Shown here: positions 45,276 through 58,525 of the stretch, one piece after another
How positions within the stretch are numbered: position 1 is the stretch's first letter
Layout: each line of letters starts with the position of its first letter
DNA from: Malacoraja senta
Lineage: Eukaryota
Length of the DNA: 64,000 nucleotides
Assembly (NCBI GenBank): GCA_038087875.1
Contig: CM075998.1
Span: forward strand, 6,760,001-6,824,000
Direction of reading: 5' to 3'
Made by a program: the position numbers and the translations under genes
The notes under the pieces: model-generated
The model's input: only the letters and a program-made list of their open reading frames with translations
Told to the model about the DNA's origin: nothing
Database searches by the model: none

Positions 45276-47534
45276 GGATAAGGGTGATGTCTGATGCACC
45301 TGCCCCAAGAGATGAAGATGAGGGAGGAGGAATTTGTTTGGGATGTAGGGTGGGTCATTGGTGAGGGCAACCCACTGTGGATCTACCTGCTGTAATGTTC
45401 CCCCACCCCCACCAACACCCCCCACCCCCTCCGTGTCACAGAACGGCACACTGGGTATCTCGGAGAGGCGACGCGTGTTGTGTGAGACTGGCTCACAGGA
45501 AAGATCCTGGGCTTGAGTCCCAATGAGCAATTCTGACAGAGTGGGGGTAAGCCTGGTTGGAATCACTCCACACTGGTTGATCAAACAGGGAGTTAATTCT
45601 GTGTCTGCGCTAGCAGTGTGTGACGAAGCAGTGTAGAGGGAGCTTCACTCTGTGTCTCGCTGCTAGTGTGTAACGAGACAGGGCAGTGAATGGAACTCAG
45701 TGTCTAAAAGGGCGGGAGAGGCAGAGACTCTCATCACATTTAGCCAGTACTCAGATGTGCACCTGCAGGGCTATGACCCCAGTGCAGTGCTGGAGCAGGG
45801 ATTGGGCTGGATAGTGCTTTTTTGAACACCACAGGCACAACGGCCAAATGGCCTTTTACTGTAAATTTTCTGTAATTCTATGCATGCTACACTTGCTCAG
45901 AACATGCATATTGTCAACAAATAAAGAAAGTATGATCTTTGGGTCCCAAGGAACTCCGGATTCTTCCGTCCAGGCTCCTGTACAAAAGTGAGGGTAAGGA
46001 AGGGAGATCTTCCCTTTAGGAATTTGCACACTACTTCAGCCACACCCTCTCCATCCAATGCTCCCCACCCCCCTCTCACCGAGTTCCCAGAATGTGGCAT
46101 GAATTATATTGAGCGTGCCCTCCGTACAAAAGTGAGTGTACAAAGGAAAATCCAGGAAGGAAATCTCCACACCTCATGGTAACAAACTGAATACTGTAAA
46201 TGCGGCCTCACCAACATCTTATATAACATCCTCGCGTGATATTCTGCAACAACTCCTTTTTCCCTGCATAATCCCCACTACAGCCCGCTCAACTGTCTCT
46301 CCATCTTCTATACACCTCCACTCCCCCTGCTTCTCCACATGATCCTCTCTGTAATTTCCCGAATGCAGCCACCCCGTTCAGCTCGGTTTCATGACCTGCA
46401 CTCTGCAATAGCACAGGGTTGCAGCAGAACAACCCCCCTGGCCTCCTCTACAGTAACACTTGCCCTATAGCAGCTCGAGCCAAGAGCTACCGCAAAACAT
46501 ACCTGGTCCTGGGGCATGTTTGGGTGTCCCTGCTTTAAACAAAACCAACATGACTCATGCACTAAATATTATTTGTTTTCTTTAAGAAACTCTTTATCGG
46601 GTTGTAATGCAAATTCCCAATATATTATCTTTGGCTCAAGCTTGTGCCGGGAACTAAATATACTAAGAAGGGAAACTCCTGTCATTTGCCTTCATTTTTA
46701 GTATGAGAACGAGCCAAACCTCTTATTGTATTTAATGAAAAATCACAATCAAATGCAGTCTTCCGATAATATGGTGTTTGAGGGGCAGTCAGTTGATAAC
46801 TTGGTTCAGGACAAGTAGATTTCAAAGTCCCCTTATCAAAGACATCAATCTTTATTATTTTTATGTTTCTACTATAAATTCCTGTCTAGAAAAAGAATTA
46901 AACTCCGACATGAACAGAACATGTCATAATTTAATGTACCCTTCATCTTAATTTTAATGTCTTCAATATGCACCACCATCCAAAAAAAATGCTGCTTGAC
47001 TCCACTGAGTTCTTCCAGCAGTTTGGTTTTTGCTGCAGATTCCAGCATTTACAGCCTCTTGTTTCTCCCCCACAAGTTCCCTGCCCAGATCTCCCCTACC
47101 TGATGATCTAGCTGAAGGTCATCTCTTATCAGTTTCATCAGACCCACTGATGCCTGGAACCACTCTTAGGGCTAGCTAGCCCAATACTACTGACTCAAAC
47201 CGCAGTTTGCCTCCATCCAAACCATACTAACATTGAATCTATTATATTGAGCATTGTCACTTTAAAGCAGTTGAATTCTGAAGCCAAACATCGAACCAAT
47301 TTTTCAAGGACCCTGTTCGTCCTGCTGGGTGAATATATAAGTTGGACTTTTTAAAACAGCTCTTTGTCATTATTGTTTTGCCATGGTCTGTTTCATACAG
47401 AGCCTCTCCCAAATTATTAATATAGAACACAGAACAATGCAGCACAAGAACAGGCCCTTTGGCCCACAATGTCTGTGCCAAACATGATGCCAAGACCAAC
47501 TTTTATCTGCCTGTGAATAATACATATTCTTCTA

Positions 47535-47760
47535 TTCAGCTGGTTCGATCCTGACTTTGAGTACTGTCTGTGTGGAGTTTGCGTGTTCTATCTGCGATTG
47601 CATGGATTGCCTCCGGCTGCTCCAATTTCCTCCCACATTGCCTCTACTGTGTAGGGAGTGGATGAGAAAGTAGGATAACATAGAACTAATGTGAACGGGT
47701 GATCGTTGGTCGACATGGACTCGGTGGGCCGAAGGGCCTGTTTCCATGCTGTGTCTCCTT
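47535..47760 (+). mobile_element. V-SINE copy (partial)
   Basis: B-box ggttcgatcc, V-domain, tail. Confidence 0.75.
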
Positions 47761-48062
47761 TAAACTTTTCCCCTCACCTTAAAGCTATGCCCTCTAGTAT
47801 TTGATTTTTTTTTCCATCCTGGGAAGAAGTTTGTTATTTATGCCTCTCATAATTTTATATACTTCTATCAGGTCTCCCTGCAACCTCCAGCGTTCCAGAA
47901 AAATCAATCCCATTCTGTCTAACCTCTCTCTGCAGCTAATACCCTCTAATCCAGGCAACATTCTGGTATATCTATTCTGCACCCTTTCTGAAGCTTTTGC
48001 ATTCTTCTTGGGCGGTCAGAAATGCACACAATATTCCAAATGTGGCCTAACCAAAGTGATAT
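47761..48062 (-). mobile_element. CR1 RT C-terminal fragment
   Basis: ORF 47794..47982 RLQGDLIEVYKIM. Confidence 0.75.
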
Positions 48063-48322
48063 AATGTTGTAATTTCTCATCCAAATTCATCACCACTTTG
48101 TTTTCCAGCCACATTTCAGATCCATTCCTGATGGCATGGAGAAACATCAATCTATAAAGATTAGAGTGAGCAAAAAGAGGTCACAAAATGGACAATTGGG
48201 GTTCTGTTTTTATTGCACAGGGCCATTGGATATAAAAGCAACAACAGTATTTCAACAGCATCTTGAATGGAGTAAAATATCTTAAGATATTTAGCAGGGG
48301 CAGAATCAAAAAATGTCCATGC

Positions 48323-48565
48323 ATATCTCCAATGACGTATTTATGTAACTCATTCCACCTCTTTTTTCTTTTGATATTTGTAATGCTTTTTTCTTTCTAC
48401 TTCTCTTTTTCTATCTATATAAAAAAAAACACTAGAAGCAGAATTAATCGACAATTGACAATTTTAATAATGTATGATTGATGTATATGAAAAGTTTTTT
48501 TTTCTATTATAATATGTTACTATACTTTATAATATGTTTGCTTCTAATAAAAATATTAATCAAAA
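48323..48565 (+). mobile_element. Short poly(A) retroposed insert (L1-type 3' UTR)
   Basis: AT-rich, AATAAA plus A-tail; TSD aaaaaatgtccatgc at 48308-48322 and 48566-48580. Confidence 0.75.
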
Positions 48566-48919
48566 AAAAAATGTCCATGCCAATGAGATGAAAAGAGAAA
48601 AAATGGGGTATGTTTGAGTGTTTCCATGGAGGAATTTCAGGAGCAGGATACACGCAGCAGAGTTTTGGACTAGCTGAAGTTCATGGAGGTAAAGGATTAG
48701 AGGCTAGCCATGAGATCATTGGAACTGGTGATTCTGGAGATAATTAAGACATGGACTCAGTTACTGCTGAGATAGAGGAATTAGATAGAGCTCTTAAAGA
48801 TAGCGGAGTCAGGGGATATGGTGAGAAGGCAGGAACGGGGTACTGATTGTCAATGATCAGCCATGATCACAGTGAATGGGCTGGCTCAAAGGGCCGAATG
48901 GCCTACTCCTGCACCTATT

Positions 48920-49750
48920 CCGGTAGGCGGCACGACCCACGTCGCAGCGGCCTCTGCAGTCTGTCTGTCTTTTTTTTTGTTTTTTTTGTCTTGTTTGAGT
49001 GTAGTGTGTAGTGTATAGTGTTTTTTTTTTAAACTGGGTATGTGTGGGGGGTGGTTGGGGAAACTTTTAAAATCTTTTCCCTGTATGGAGGACCCGACCT
49101 TTCTCTGTCGGGTCTCCGTTGTCGTTGGGGCCTAGCACCGTGGAGAGGCCTCCAACCAGAGGACTCCAGTCGCGGAGCCGGCAGACTACTCACCATCGTG
49201 GAGCTGGCCGAGTTCGGAGCATGGAGAGCTGTGGTGGCGCGCTGCTGCTGCCCGACCCTGGAGATTCAGAGGCTCCAGCCGCAGGTCTGGTGGACGGTGA
49301 CATCGGGAGCTCGCGGGTCCCTGGTGGGAGACCGCTTTTTGGAGCTCCCGCAACGGCAGCTACTCCCGCCCGAGTTGCGGGGTTGAAGATGACCTGGAGC
49401 GGGGCCTTACATCACCCGGCTCGGCTTTAATGGCCGCGGGACTTGCTAGCGCCCGCCGGGGGCTCCAGCATCAAGACCCGGAGCGCGGCCTTGCATTGCC
49501 CGGCGCGGCCTAAATGGCCGCGGGACTTACTTACCATCGCCCGCCGGGGGCTTTGACTTTGACATCGGGAGAATGGGGAGAGACAAGACTTTGCCTTCCA
49601 TCATAGTGAGGAGGAGATTCACTGTGATGGATGTTTGTGTAAATTGTGTTGTGTCTTGGTTCTTTTCTTGTTGTATGACTGCAGAAACCAAATTTCGTTT
49701 GAACTTCATTTGAGGTCCAAATGATAATAAACGGTATTGTATTGTATTGT
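48920..49750 (+). mobile_element. GC-rich non-autonomous retroposon family, copy 2, inserted in a CR1 tail
   Basis: The CR1 tail cctactcctgcacctatt breaks at 48919 and resumes as gtctattgt at ~49748; (tattg)n tail. Confidence 0.7.
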
Positions 49751-51519
49751 CTATTGTACACTGTCACAGGTGAAAAGAGCCGTCCTCATCACAAAAACTG
49801 GAAAAGAACATGTAATTTGTTACAAGATACTTGTGTGGTGACTGGCTGAGGTTATGAGCCTGTATTATCATAAGGCCACATTTTCACAGAAAGGAGGCAA
49901 TGAAGAGTCATTCAATTGACAACAAAAATGAGGGACAGCAACAAAGAAAAGCTTCAATAGCAAGAATTGTTTATTGGAACAGACAGGGTAATGACATTTA
50001 TAAAGGAAGGACAGAAATAGTCCAGCTGGTTGTTGGAGCCTGTCTTTTCCTGGATTAGTGAAGTTCACTCTTAACACTGTGCCCCACGCCCCCCCCTCTT
50101 CCCCATGGACATACAAGCTCCCGTGAGAGGTATACAAACAAAACTTCTCAAGGTTAAAGGGAATCTTTTAAGAGTTTCTCACAGCTCTGAAATGTCCAAA
50201 TAGAATAAATCAACACAAGCTGGAGAGGCCTAGCTCATAATGAAAATAGAGCGAGAAATAATACTTTGGGAATACATCAAAGGTTCACAGGAACTGTGGC
50301 ACAACTGTCTTTGAGGGGAGTTTGGGTCAAACGGGCTTGTATCCACAAGAGTTTAGATGAAGGAAAGGGAATCAACATTGAAATGGACAAAATTTCTGAC
50401 CAGGCTCGACAGGCTGGATGTTTCCCCCAGCGGGTGGGTTTAGCATTAGTCTCTGGATACAGGGTGAGATGATTAGGATCAAGATGAGGAGACATTTCTT
50501 CACTCAGAGGGTGAAGAACTAGCAGAATTCTACAGGATATACTTTGGTGGAAGACATTGCTGATTATATTTTGGGAGGGAGAGAGGGAGGGAGGGAGGGA
50601 TTTTTGCTTCAGCTCGTGTTCATTTAAGGCATCAAACTGTATTGGGAGAGTGTGGGTATAAAGTACTGAGATGGAGGATCAGCAATGATTGTGTTGAATG
50701 ACTGAAAGGACTGAATGGCTCGTTCCTGCTCCTACTCTCTATGTTCTATGTGGACCGTAAGCAGCCTTTGCTAAACCTGAAGAGAACAGGGGATAAAGAA
50801 AAGCTAGTCAGAAGTGAAAGAGAAGAAGCTCATCAGTGCTAGGGGGAAAGGCGTCCACCCAAGCCAGAATGTTTCTTCTCAGTACTGTTCATTGGCGCCA
50901 CCCTCAGAAGCAAGCATGCACGGAGATGCAGCCTCGCTTTAGCCCACATCTGACGCCTACAGTCATGGAAGTAACAACCCAGCAATGCATGGGGCAGATA
51001 GGCGGCCTGCAGCAGATGAAAATTCACTCCCTCTGGTCCACCAATGCGCCGTACCCTGCAAAGGCCTAGTTCCATACTGTTCATCATATTCACCAGGTGA
51101 GCTATATTAAATCTGCAATGTTAACGGGTTTAAATAAGCTCTGGAGAGCAATTGCTGCACTTGAACATATAACTGCCCTCCACATGCTTGATCTGAAATA
51201 ATCTCAGAGCCAAATATCATATCCTCAGAAGAAACAGGACAGAGGCAGACCTGTGGTCAGAGGACCTAAGGTTCAGTATCACCACACTCTGTCTTTCAGT
51301 CTAGTAATGTTCCTTTGCTCAACATTCTTTAGCAAATGTTCAACACTCCCTTTCACTGGAACCTTATAACCTATTGCTTTCCAAATATAACTGTCCGAGT
51401 GTATAATAACGCAATCTATTAAAGAGCAAATATAATGTGAGTAAACTTAGTGCGATGTACCAATCAAATAGGCTGTGTTTTGAAGAATAACCTCTCTCTG
51501 TGATGTCCCATTAAACACT

Positions 51520-52222
51520 AGGGCGGCACAGTGGCGTAATGGCAGAGTTGCTGCCTCACAGCGCCAGAGACTGGGTTCAATCCTGACTACGGGTGGTGTC
51601 TGTGCAGAGTTTGCATGTTCTCCCCATGATCTGCATGGGTTTTGTCTGGGTGCTTCAGTTTCCTCCCACACTCCAAAGACGTGCAGGTTTGTGGGTTAAT
51701 TCGCTTTGGTAATTTGTAAATTGTCCCTAGTGTGTGTAGGGTAATGTGTAGGAAGGAAGTGCAGATGCTGATTTATACCGAAGATAGACACAAAGTGCTG
51801 GAGTAACTCAGCGGGCCAGGCAGCATCTCTGGAGAGAAGGAATGGGTGATGTTTTGGGAGCGAGACCCTTCTTCAGACTGAGTCAGGGTGGAGGGAAACT
51901 GGAGATGTAGACGAGTAAGGTGTGAAAACGACAGATCAAAGGGGATGATGCTCAGGAAAATGTAGAATGGTTTATTGTTAGCTGAGGGGAAGGTGACAGG
52001 GCATACAATCAGTAAAATTTAATCAGGAGGACAGTGAAACTAGCTGGAGAACTAGGATGGGAGAGGGACAGAGAGAGAGGAAAGCAAGGGTTACTTGAAG
52101 TTAGAGAAGTCAATATTTATACCACTTGAAGACAGTGTTAGTGTGCGGGGATCACTCGTTATGCCGCGGACTCAGTGGGCCAAAGTGTCTGTTTCCGCAC
52201 TGTACCTCTAAACTAATCTAAA
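51520..52222 (+). mobile_element. V-SINE interrupted by a minus-strand Penelope 3' fragment (~51746-52125)
   Basis: SINE head and V-domain 51520-51745, tail 52133-52222; the insert is the reverse complement of the 22745-23105 family. Confidence 0.8.
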
Positions 52223-54239
52223 CTCCCAGGGCATGTAAAGCACCAATTTCTGTTGGGCACAGTTCACTGGCGCGTATTGGCACAAGACAGTTGAGATTAA
52301 ACCATAACCAGGGATATACAGGGATTCCCGTCACTAATATCGCCCCCACCCCACTGAATGTTTTTACTTTAATTTCCCCTTCTGCTCTCAGCAGTGTGTG
52401 TACTACATCATGACCAGTATTGCACAAGACTAATAGGCATAATAAACACAAGTTCACAGTACAGTACTGGTATCATATCACACATTATACAGTATGTAAC
52501 AAGCTAGTGTGATTAGAACTCAGCAAATGGGTAAAATCTTCAATTACCAGTCAAATATTCGCCACAAAACCTTAACAAACTGAATAGAGTTAAAAGATTT
52601 ACCTCTCTAGTATTTCAGTTTTCTTTCATCAATCCTTCAGGAAACCACATGTTTAACTCTCTTGGGACAAACAGCCCTTATTTCAACAAAGTTTTTACAA
52701 AGGTTTTTCTCAGCACAAAACAGGACCCAAGAGTTTGCGATCTATCAAGATTCTCACTCGCTGGAGTTTTATGTAAGGCTGCTGGTGACTGGCACCAGGC
52801 TGGAAATCATTTCCTCCGTGGGAATCCTTCATCAGCAGCAGCCAGCAGAGGCAGATTTGGGACAATGCAGCAAGCAGCCTAAGTCAGCACAGGAAAGTTA
52901 TTCTGCTGCAGGAGGGGGTGATTTTGTCCCGACATTTCAGGTGAAACCTCGCCCAAGGTGTTTGTAACTGCTGCCACAGCCCTCCGTTGCTGAATTCCAA
53001 AATGTTTCAATAAGGCTGTACTGCTCTAATCACTCTGTCTTTTCCAATCAATATACAGGTCTACATAACAGACATCATTAGAATTTAACTGCACAGCCAG
53101 GTGACATCTCAATTCACTATTGATATTCCTTTCAAATATTCATCTCAATAATCATACTTCAAAGCTTACAGCAATTTTTCACTAAATCATCTCAGCATGT
53201 AGATTTTAGTACTCTTGTTGTGTTATTTCTATACAATAAAGACATCAGAGCAAGACTGTGGAGATGTATCATTGGGAAGGAGGAAATATTACTATTGCTG
53301 TAAAAATCTCTCTGTTCATTGATTGACCACCTCTGCTACTGTGAGGGCCCCAAATGAAAATAAGATCAAATGAATCTCAACACAATTGATTGTAAGACCA
53401 GCAGTAAAGGCAGTCTCTAACTAAAGACACAGAGCATAGGAGCCTATTCCTTTCCCAGCATTAAAAGCCTTCATGGAACACACATCCAGTTCAATTTTAA
53501 AAAGTGCTTTTTTTTGCAGAATACATGCTGGCAGGAAACAGCATATTCAGTCCCTTGAGAAAGTGTCTCCGCTTTTCCATAAAGTTTCTTCAAACAGGAA
53601 TATGGCTCAGAGTTTTAAACAATGACATGTAGTGGAACATTCTGCTCTTGATCTAGGGCCACTGAGTTTATAAAAATAACTTGTATTCAATTCTAATTTA
53701 AGAACGCATTTCAATTCCACAGACTGCCTCATATGCTACTGTTTCGTCCTATGCATATATCGGGCAGGCCATGGTCTATGTGCATACCCTACACTAAAAT
53801 AGACAGACAGTCTGAAGAAGGTCCAAACCCTGAAACCCTGTCCCGACCTGTCCACATTCTCAGAGATGCTACCCAACTCGCTGAGTTTCTCTTGCACTTT
53901 GTGACTATTTCCCCCCAAAACAGACACTTCTGAGCTCTATAATGTGGAGAGATAACCAGGCAGACAGAGGAAAAGATTGAAGGATGTGGTCAAAGCCTCC
54001 TTGAAGAAATGCAACATCCCACCCACACGTGCCGTCTGCTACCTCCTGCCCCATCTGTGGAAGTGTTGCTGCATCCACATTGGCCTTATCAGCCACCCCA
54101 GAACCCACAGAACTAGAGGGAAAAAGTTCACCGTAATCCCAAGGGATTGCCCAAGAAATGCAGAAGTTGTACCAATCGTCCCAGGATTCTGTATCATAAA
54201 ATCTATTTAATTTGTTTAAATACAATCTGCTGCTGATGG

Positions 54240-54503
54240 CCTGTAGTTTAACCGTGGAGTCAGACAGCAAGGAAACAGGCCCTTTAGCTCAAGTCTCTAT
54301 GCTGACCAAGTTGCTGAACCAAGCTAGGTCCTCTTGCTGGTGACTGGCCATATCCCTCCAAATCTGTCCTATCCATGTACTTGTCTATGTGTCTCACAAA
54401 TGTTGTAATTGTTCCCACTTTTACCACTTTCTCTGGTAGCTCATTCCACCACCTTCTGTGTGAAAAAGTTGCCCCTCGGGTCCTTTTAAATCTTTCTCCT
54501 CTG
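54240..54503 (-). mobile_element. CR1 3' end
   Basis: WNELPEKVV..DKYM. Confidence 0.75.
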
Positions 54504-54889
54504 CAACTCAAGCAAGGCGCTCATTAACCCTGGCATCCCAGGCACCTCGGGTGGGGGGGGGGGGGGCGGCGTTAAAAGTGGCCTGAGCCCTTATCAGGAT
54601 TACCGTATCTGAATACATTGATCTAGTCTTGGCAATTGGGAGGAGTAAGTGGATGAAGTGTCTGGCTGGGCCTCCGACTCTGGGCTGGGTCTCCCACGCT
54701 GGGCAGGGTCTCCAATGCTGGGCTGTTTGGGGCTGGGCTGCTTCGGGTCTCTCCGAAAATTGTGTCCTGTTGGAAACCTCCACCGGCCATCCTCAGCTCC
54801 AGTAAAGACGCGATGGAGCAGGAAGGGGCGGACCGTCCTGGTGAGTGACAGGGGAAGCCACCAATCCGTGCACTGCTGAACAGCAGGAG

Positions 54890-55120
54890 AAGAGATTGAT
54901 CTGCGCACTCGCGGTTTTTAAGATTTTGTAAACCTCGCTAACTTTTACGACATTCAACCGATCGGAACGAAACTTGGTGCAATCGCAGCACAGGAGAACG
55001 GTGAGTGAACTGGCGAAAAATCATAGCGCTATCGCAAACCGTTTTTGCACAATTAGAAAGACCGCACAAACCGGAAGATAACAAGAATCAGAGTTTTAGT
55101 TATGTATAGATAGATAGATA
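54890..55120 (-). mobile_element. Possible non-autonomous Helitron 5' end
   Basis: Minus strand begins atctatacataactaaaactc (TC start within a (TATC)n tract) and contains ccaagtttcgttccgatcgg; no convincing 3' hairpin/CTRR end found. Confidence 0.4.
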
Positions 55121-57200
55121 AAGGGGAAAAAGGATGACCAGGAAAAGAGTGGGACCCCTCAGAAATCAAAGTGGTCGATTCTATGTGAGCCACAGTAGAT
55201 GGGAAAGGTTCTCAATGAGTATTTCTCCTCTGTTTTTACCGTGGAGAAATACAGGAGGACGGAGGAACTTGGGGTAATCATTGGAAGTGTCTTGAGAGCA
55301 GTTCGCAGAGGTGCTGAAGGTCCTGACGCGTATGAACGTAGACAAATCTCCAGGCCTGATCAGATGTAATCCGAGGACATTGTGGGGAGCGGGAGAGGAA
55401 ATTACAGGAGCCCTGGCTGAGATTTACAAGTCGTCATTAAATACAAGTGGGGTGCCGGAAGACTGGAGGCTGCCAAATGTTGCTCTTCCATTCAAGGAGG
55501 GCTGCAGGGAAAATGCTGGGAACTATAGGCCAGTCAGCTTTACATCTGTGGTCAGAAAGGTACGGAGAGTATTCTGAGGGAGAGGATATACATGGATTTA
55601 CATGGATATTAGGGACAGTCAACATGGTTTTGTACGTGGGGAAGTCGTGTTGGAGATGTGACCAAAAAGGTTGATGAGGGCAGAGATGCAGATGTTGTAT
55701 ATATGGACTTCAGCAAGGCATTTGACAAGGTTCCGCATGGTAGGCTGCTTTGGAAGGTTATATCCCATGGGATCCAAGGAGACGGCTGAAAGGATAGAAA
55801 ATGGGCTTCAAGAATAGAAGCAGAGGGTGATGGTGGAAGGTTGCTTCTCAGACTGGAGGCCTGTGACTAGTGGAGTGCCTCAGGGTTCCGTTACTGTTTG
55901 TCATCTACAGTATATAAATGATTTGGATGAGAACGTACATGGCATGATTAGCAAGTTTGCAGATGACACAGAAGTGGGTGGTATTGTAGATGTGAAGATG
56001 GTTGCAAAAATTGCAGCAGGATCTTGATCGGATGGCCAGGTGGGCTGAGGAATGGGTGATGGATTTAACTACAGAGAAATGTGACGTGTTGCACTTGGGA
56101 AGACTAACATGGGCAGGACCTACACAGCAGGCACGTGCCGTGAGTAATTACTCAGGGTAGGCAGTCAGTCGACTTTGATAAAGTAATTTTGTCTTCAAAA
56201 GCCTTATCTCTTAATAAAGTATTTAAAAGCATATAGCTCAAAGAAATTTACTTACCACATTATTTGTACATGAACTCCATTCTTCTCTCTTTGTTTCTTA
56301 AGATATTCTTAAGATAATGACAATCCATGTTTGAAAAACCCACCAAGAAACTTGCGCTGCACATGTGCAGTACGCTGCTGTGCATGCGCAGTCCGCTGCG
56401 CAGCACATGCATGCAGTCCACGGTGCAAAGGCAGAATTTCAGCTGCCTTCAGCTCCCCTTGTCATTGAAGGTTTGAAGCAGCGTCGACGGCACGTGAGCT
56501 GCACATACCTTCAGATATTACATGTACTCCGGATGAAAGGCACGGGGGATTATGCCTACCCAAGAGATCGATCTCTCAGGTAGCATAATTCCCCCGTGCC
56601 TTTACTATTTATATTTTAATAATTACCATTTTATAATTTTACTCAGGGTAGGCAGTGCCTACCTTGAAAAGCGCTATATTAAATAAATGTATTATTATTA
56701 TTATTACCTTGCCTACCCTGATGGCACGTGCCTGCTACACAGTGAATGGCAGTGCTCTGGGGAGTGTTGGAGAGCAGGGGGATCTAGGAGTACAGGTACA
56801 TGGTTCCTTGAAAGTGGCATCAAAAGTAGATCAGGTGGTCAAAAAGGCTTTTGGTACGTTGGCCTTTATCAATACTGAGTATAGAAGTTAGGAGATCATG
56901 TTGCGGTTATATAAGATGTTGGGTGAGGCCGCATTAAGAGTATTGTGTTCAGTTTTGAGCATCATGTTTTCGGAAAGATGTTGTCAAGCTGGAAATGGTG
57001 CAGAGAAGATTTACGAGGATGTTGCCAGGACTAGAGGTCCTGATCTACAGGGAGAGGTAGAGCAGGCTGGGACTCCAATCCATGGAGCGCAGGAGGATGA
57101 GGGGTGATCTTATAGAGGTGTATAAAATCATGAGGGGAATAGATCGGGTAGACGCACAGAGTCTCTTGCCCATAGTAGGGAATTAGAACCAGTGGACATT
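55121..57200 (+). mobile_element. Degenerate CR1 ORF2, split by a hAT MITE
   Basis: [42 protein letters not shown]. Confidence 0.85.
56128..56734. mobile_element. hAT-type MITE
   Basis: Perfect 12-bp TIR CAGGCACGTGCC / GGCACGTGCCTG; perfect 8-bp TSD ctacacag at 56120-56127 and 56735-56742; subterminal cagggtaggca repeats. Confidence 0.9.
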
Positions 57201-57820
57201 TTTTAAATACATTTTGGTTTTACCATGTGGAAATTACAGCAATGTTTATACATAGTCCCCCCATTTCAGGGCACCATAATGTTGGGACACATCAATGTCA
57301 TGTAAATGAAAGTAGTCATGTTTAGTATTTTGTTGCATATCCTTTGCATGCAATGACTGCTTGAAGTCTACGATTCAAGGACATCACCAGTTGCTGGGTG
57401 TCTTCTCTGGTGATGCTCTGCCAGGCCTGTATTGCAGCCATCTTTAGCTTATGCTGGTTTTGGGGGCTAGTCCCCTTCAGTTTTCTCTTCAGCATATAAA
57501 AGGCATGCTCAATTGGGTTCAGATCGGGTGATTGACTTGGCAACTCCAGAATTGAACTTTTTTTGCTTTAAAAAACTCCTTTGTTGCTTTATCAGTATGT
57601 TGGGATCATTTCTTGCTGTAGAATGAACCGCCGGCCAATGAGTTTTGAGGCATTTGTTTGAACTTGAGCCAGATAGGATGTGTCTATACACTTCAGAATT
57701 CATTATGCTACTACCATCAGCAGTTGTGTCTTCAATGAAGCTAAAGTGAGCCAGTACCTTCAGCAGCCATACACGCCCAGGCCATAAACACCCCCACCAC
57801 CGTGTTTCACAGATGAGGTG
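57200..57820 (-). mobile_element. Degenerate Tc1 transposase 3' fragment (second family)
   Basis: [28 protein letters not shown]; frameshifts upstream. Confidence 0.85.
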
Positions 57821-58325
57821 CTGGCCTACTGAAACCTCAATCACCTGGCCAAGCTTGTTTCCCAATACCAAGTCCAGTTGGTCCCTTCCCTGGTAGGACG
57901 ATCTACACACTGTTCCAAAAGCCCACTTGGATGCACCGAACACAATCTGCCCATCTAAGCCTCTTGCACTAAGGAGGTTCCAGTCAATAGTGGGGAAATT
58001 TAAATCCTGACTACCACAACCTTGTTGCTTTTGCGTCTTCCCTTTCATTTTTTCTACATATTTTATTCCTCTAAATCCAGCTGGCCATTGAGAGCCTAAA
58101 ATATAACCATCAGAGTGATAGCATCTTTTCTTCTTTTTGACTTCTACTGATATTGCCTCCGAGGATGAGCCCTCCAGTATGTCCCCTCGGAGTGCAGCTA
58201 TGACATTCTCCCTGATTAGAAAAGCACTCTTCCACCTCTTTGATATCCTCTCTCTCACATCTGAAACATCAAGACCGTGGAACATTGAGCTGCCATTCCT
58301 GTCCCTCTCAACCACGGCTCTGTAA
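57821..58325 (-). mobile_element. CR1 APE endonuclease fragment
   Basis: EAISVEV, DLNFPTIDW, LDLVLGN..GQV. Confidence 0.75.
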
Positions 58326-58525
58326 TGATCTAGTTCACAAATGTTGTGAACAGTTTAATTTAGTTTTAATAAGTGGCGATGTTTATTTATTATGTGTGTA
58401 TATATTTATATAATGGTATATGGACACACTGATCTGTTTTGTAGTCAATGCCTGCTATGTTCTGTTGTGCTGAAGCAAAGCAAGAATTTCATTGTCCTAT
58501 CAGGGACACATGACAATAAAACTCT

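Noticed and set aside
57509..58315. 268-aa ORF as a novel endonuclease-transposase fusion
   Set aside because: Chance read-through from a decayed CR1 APE fragment into an adjacent frameshifted Tc1 fragment; motifs drift in and out of frame.
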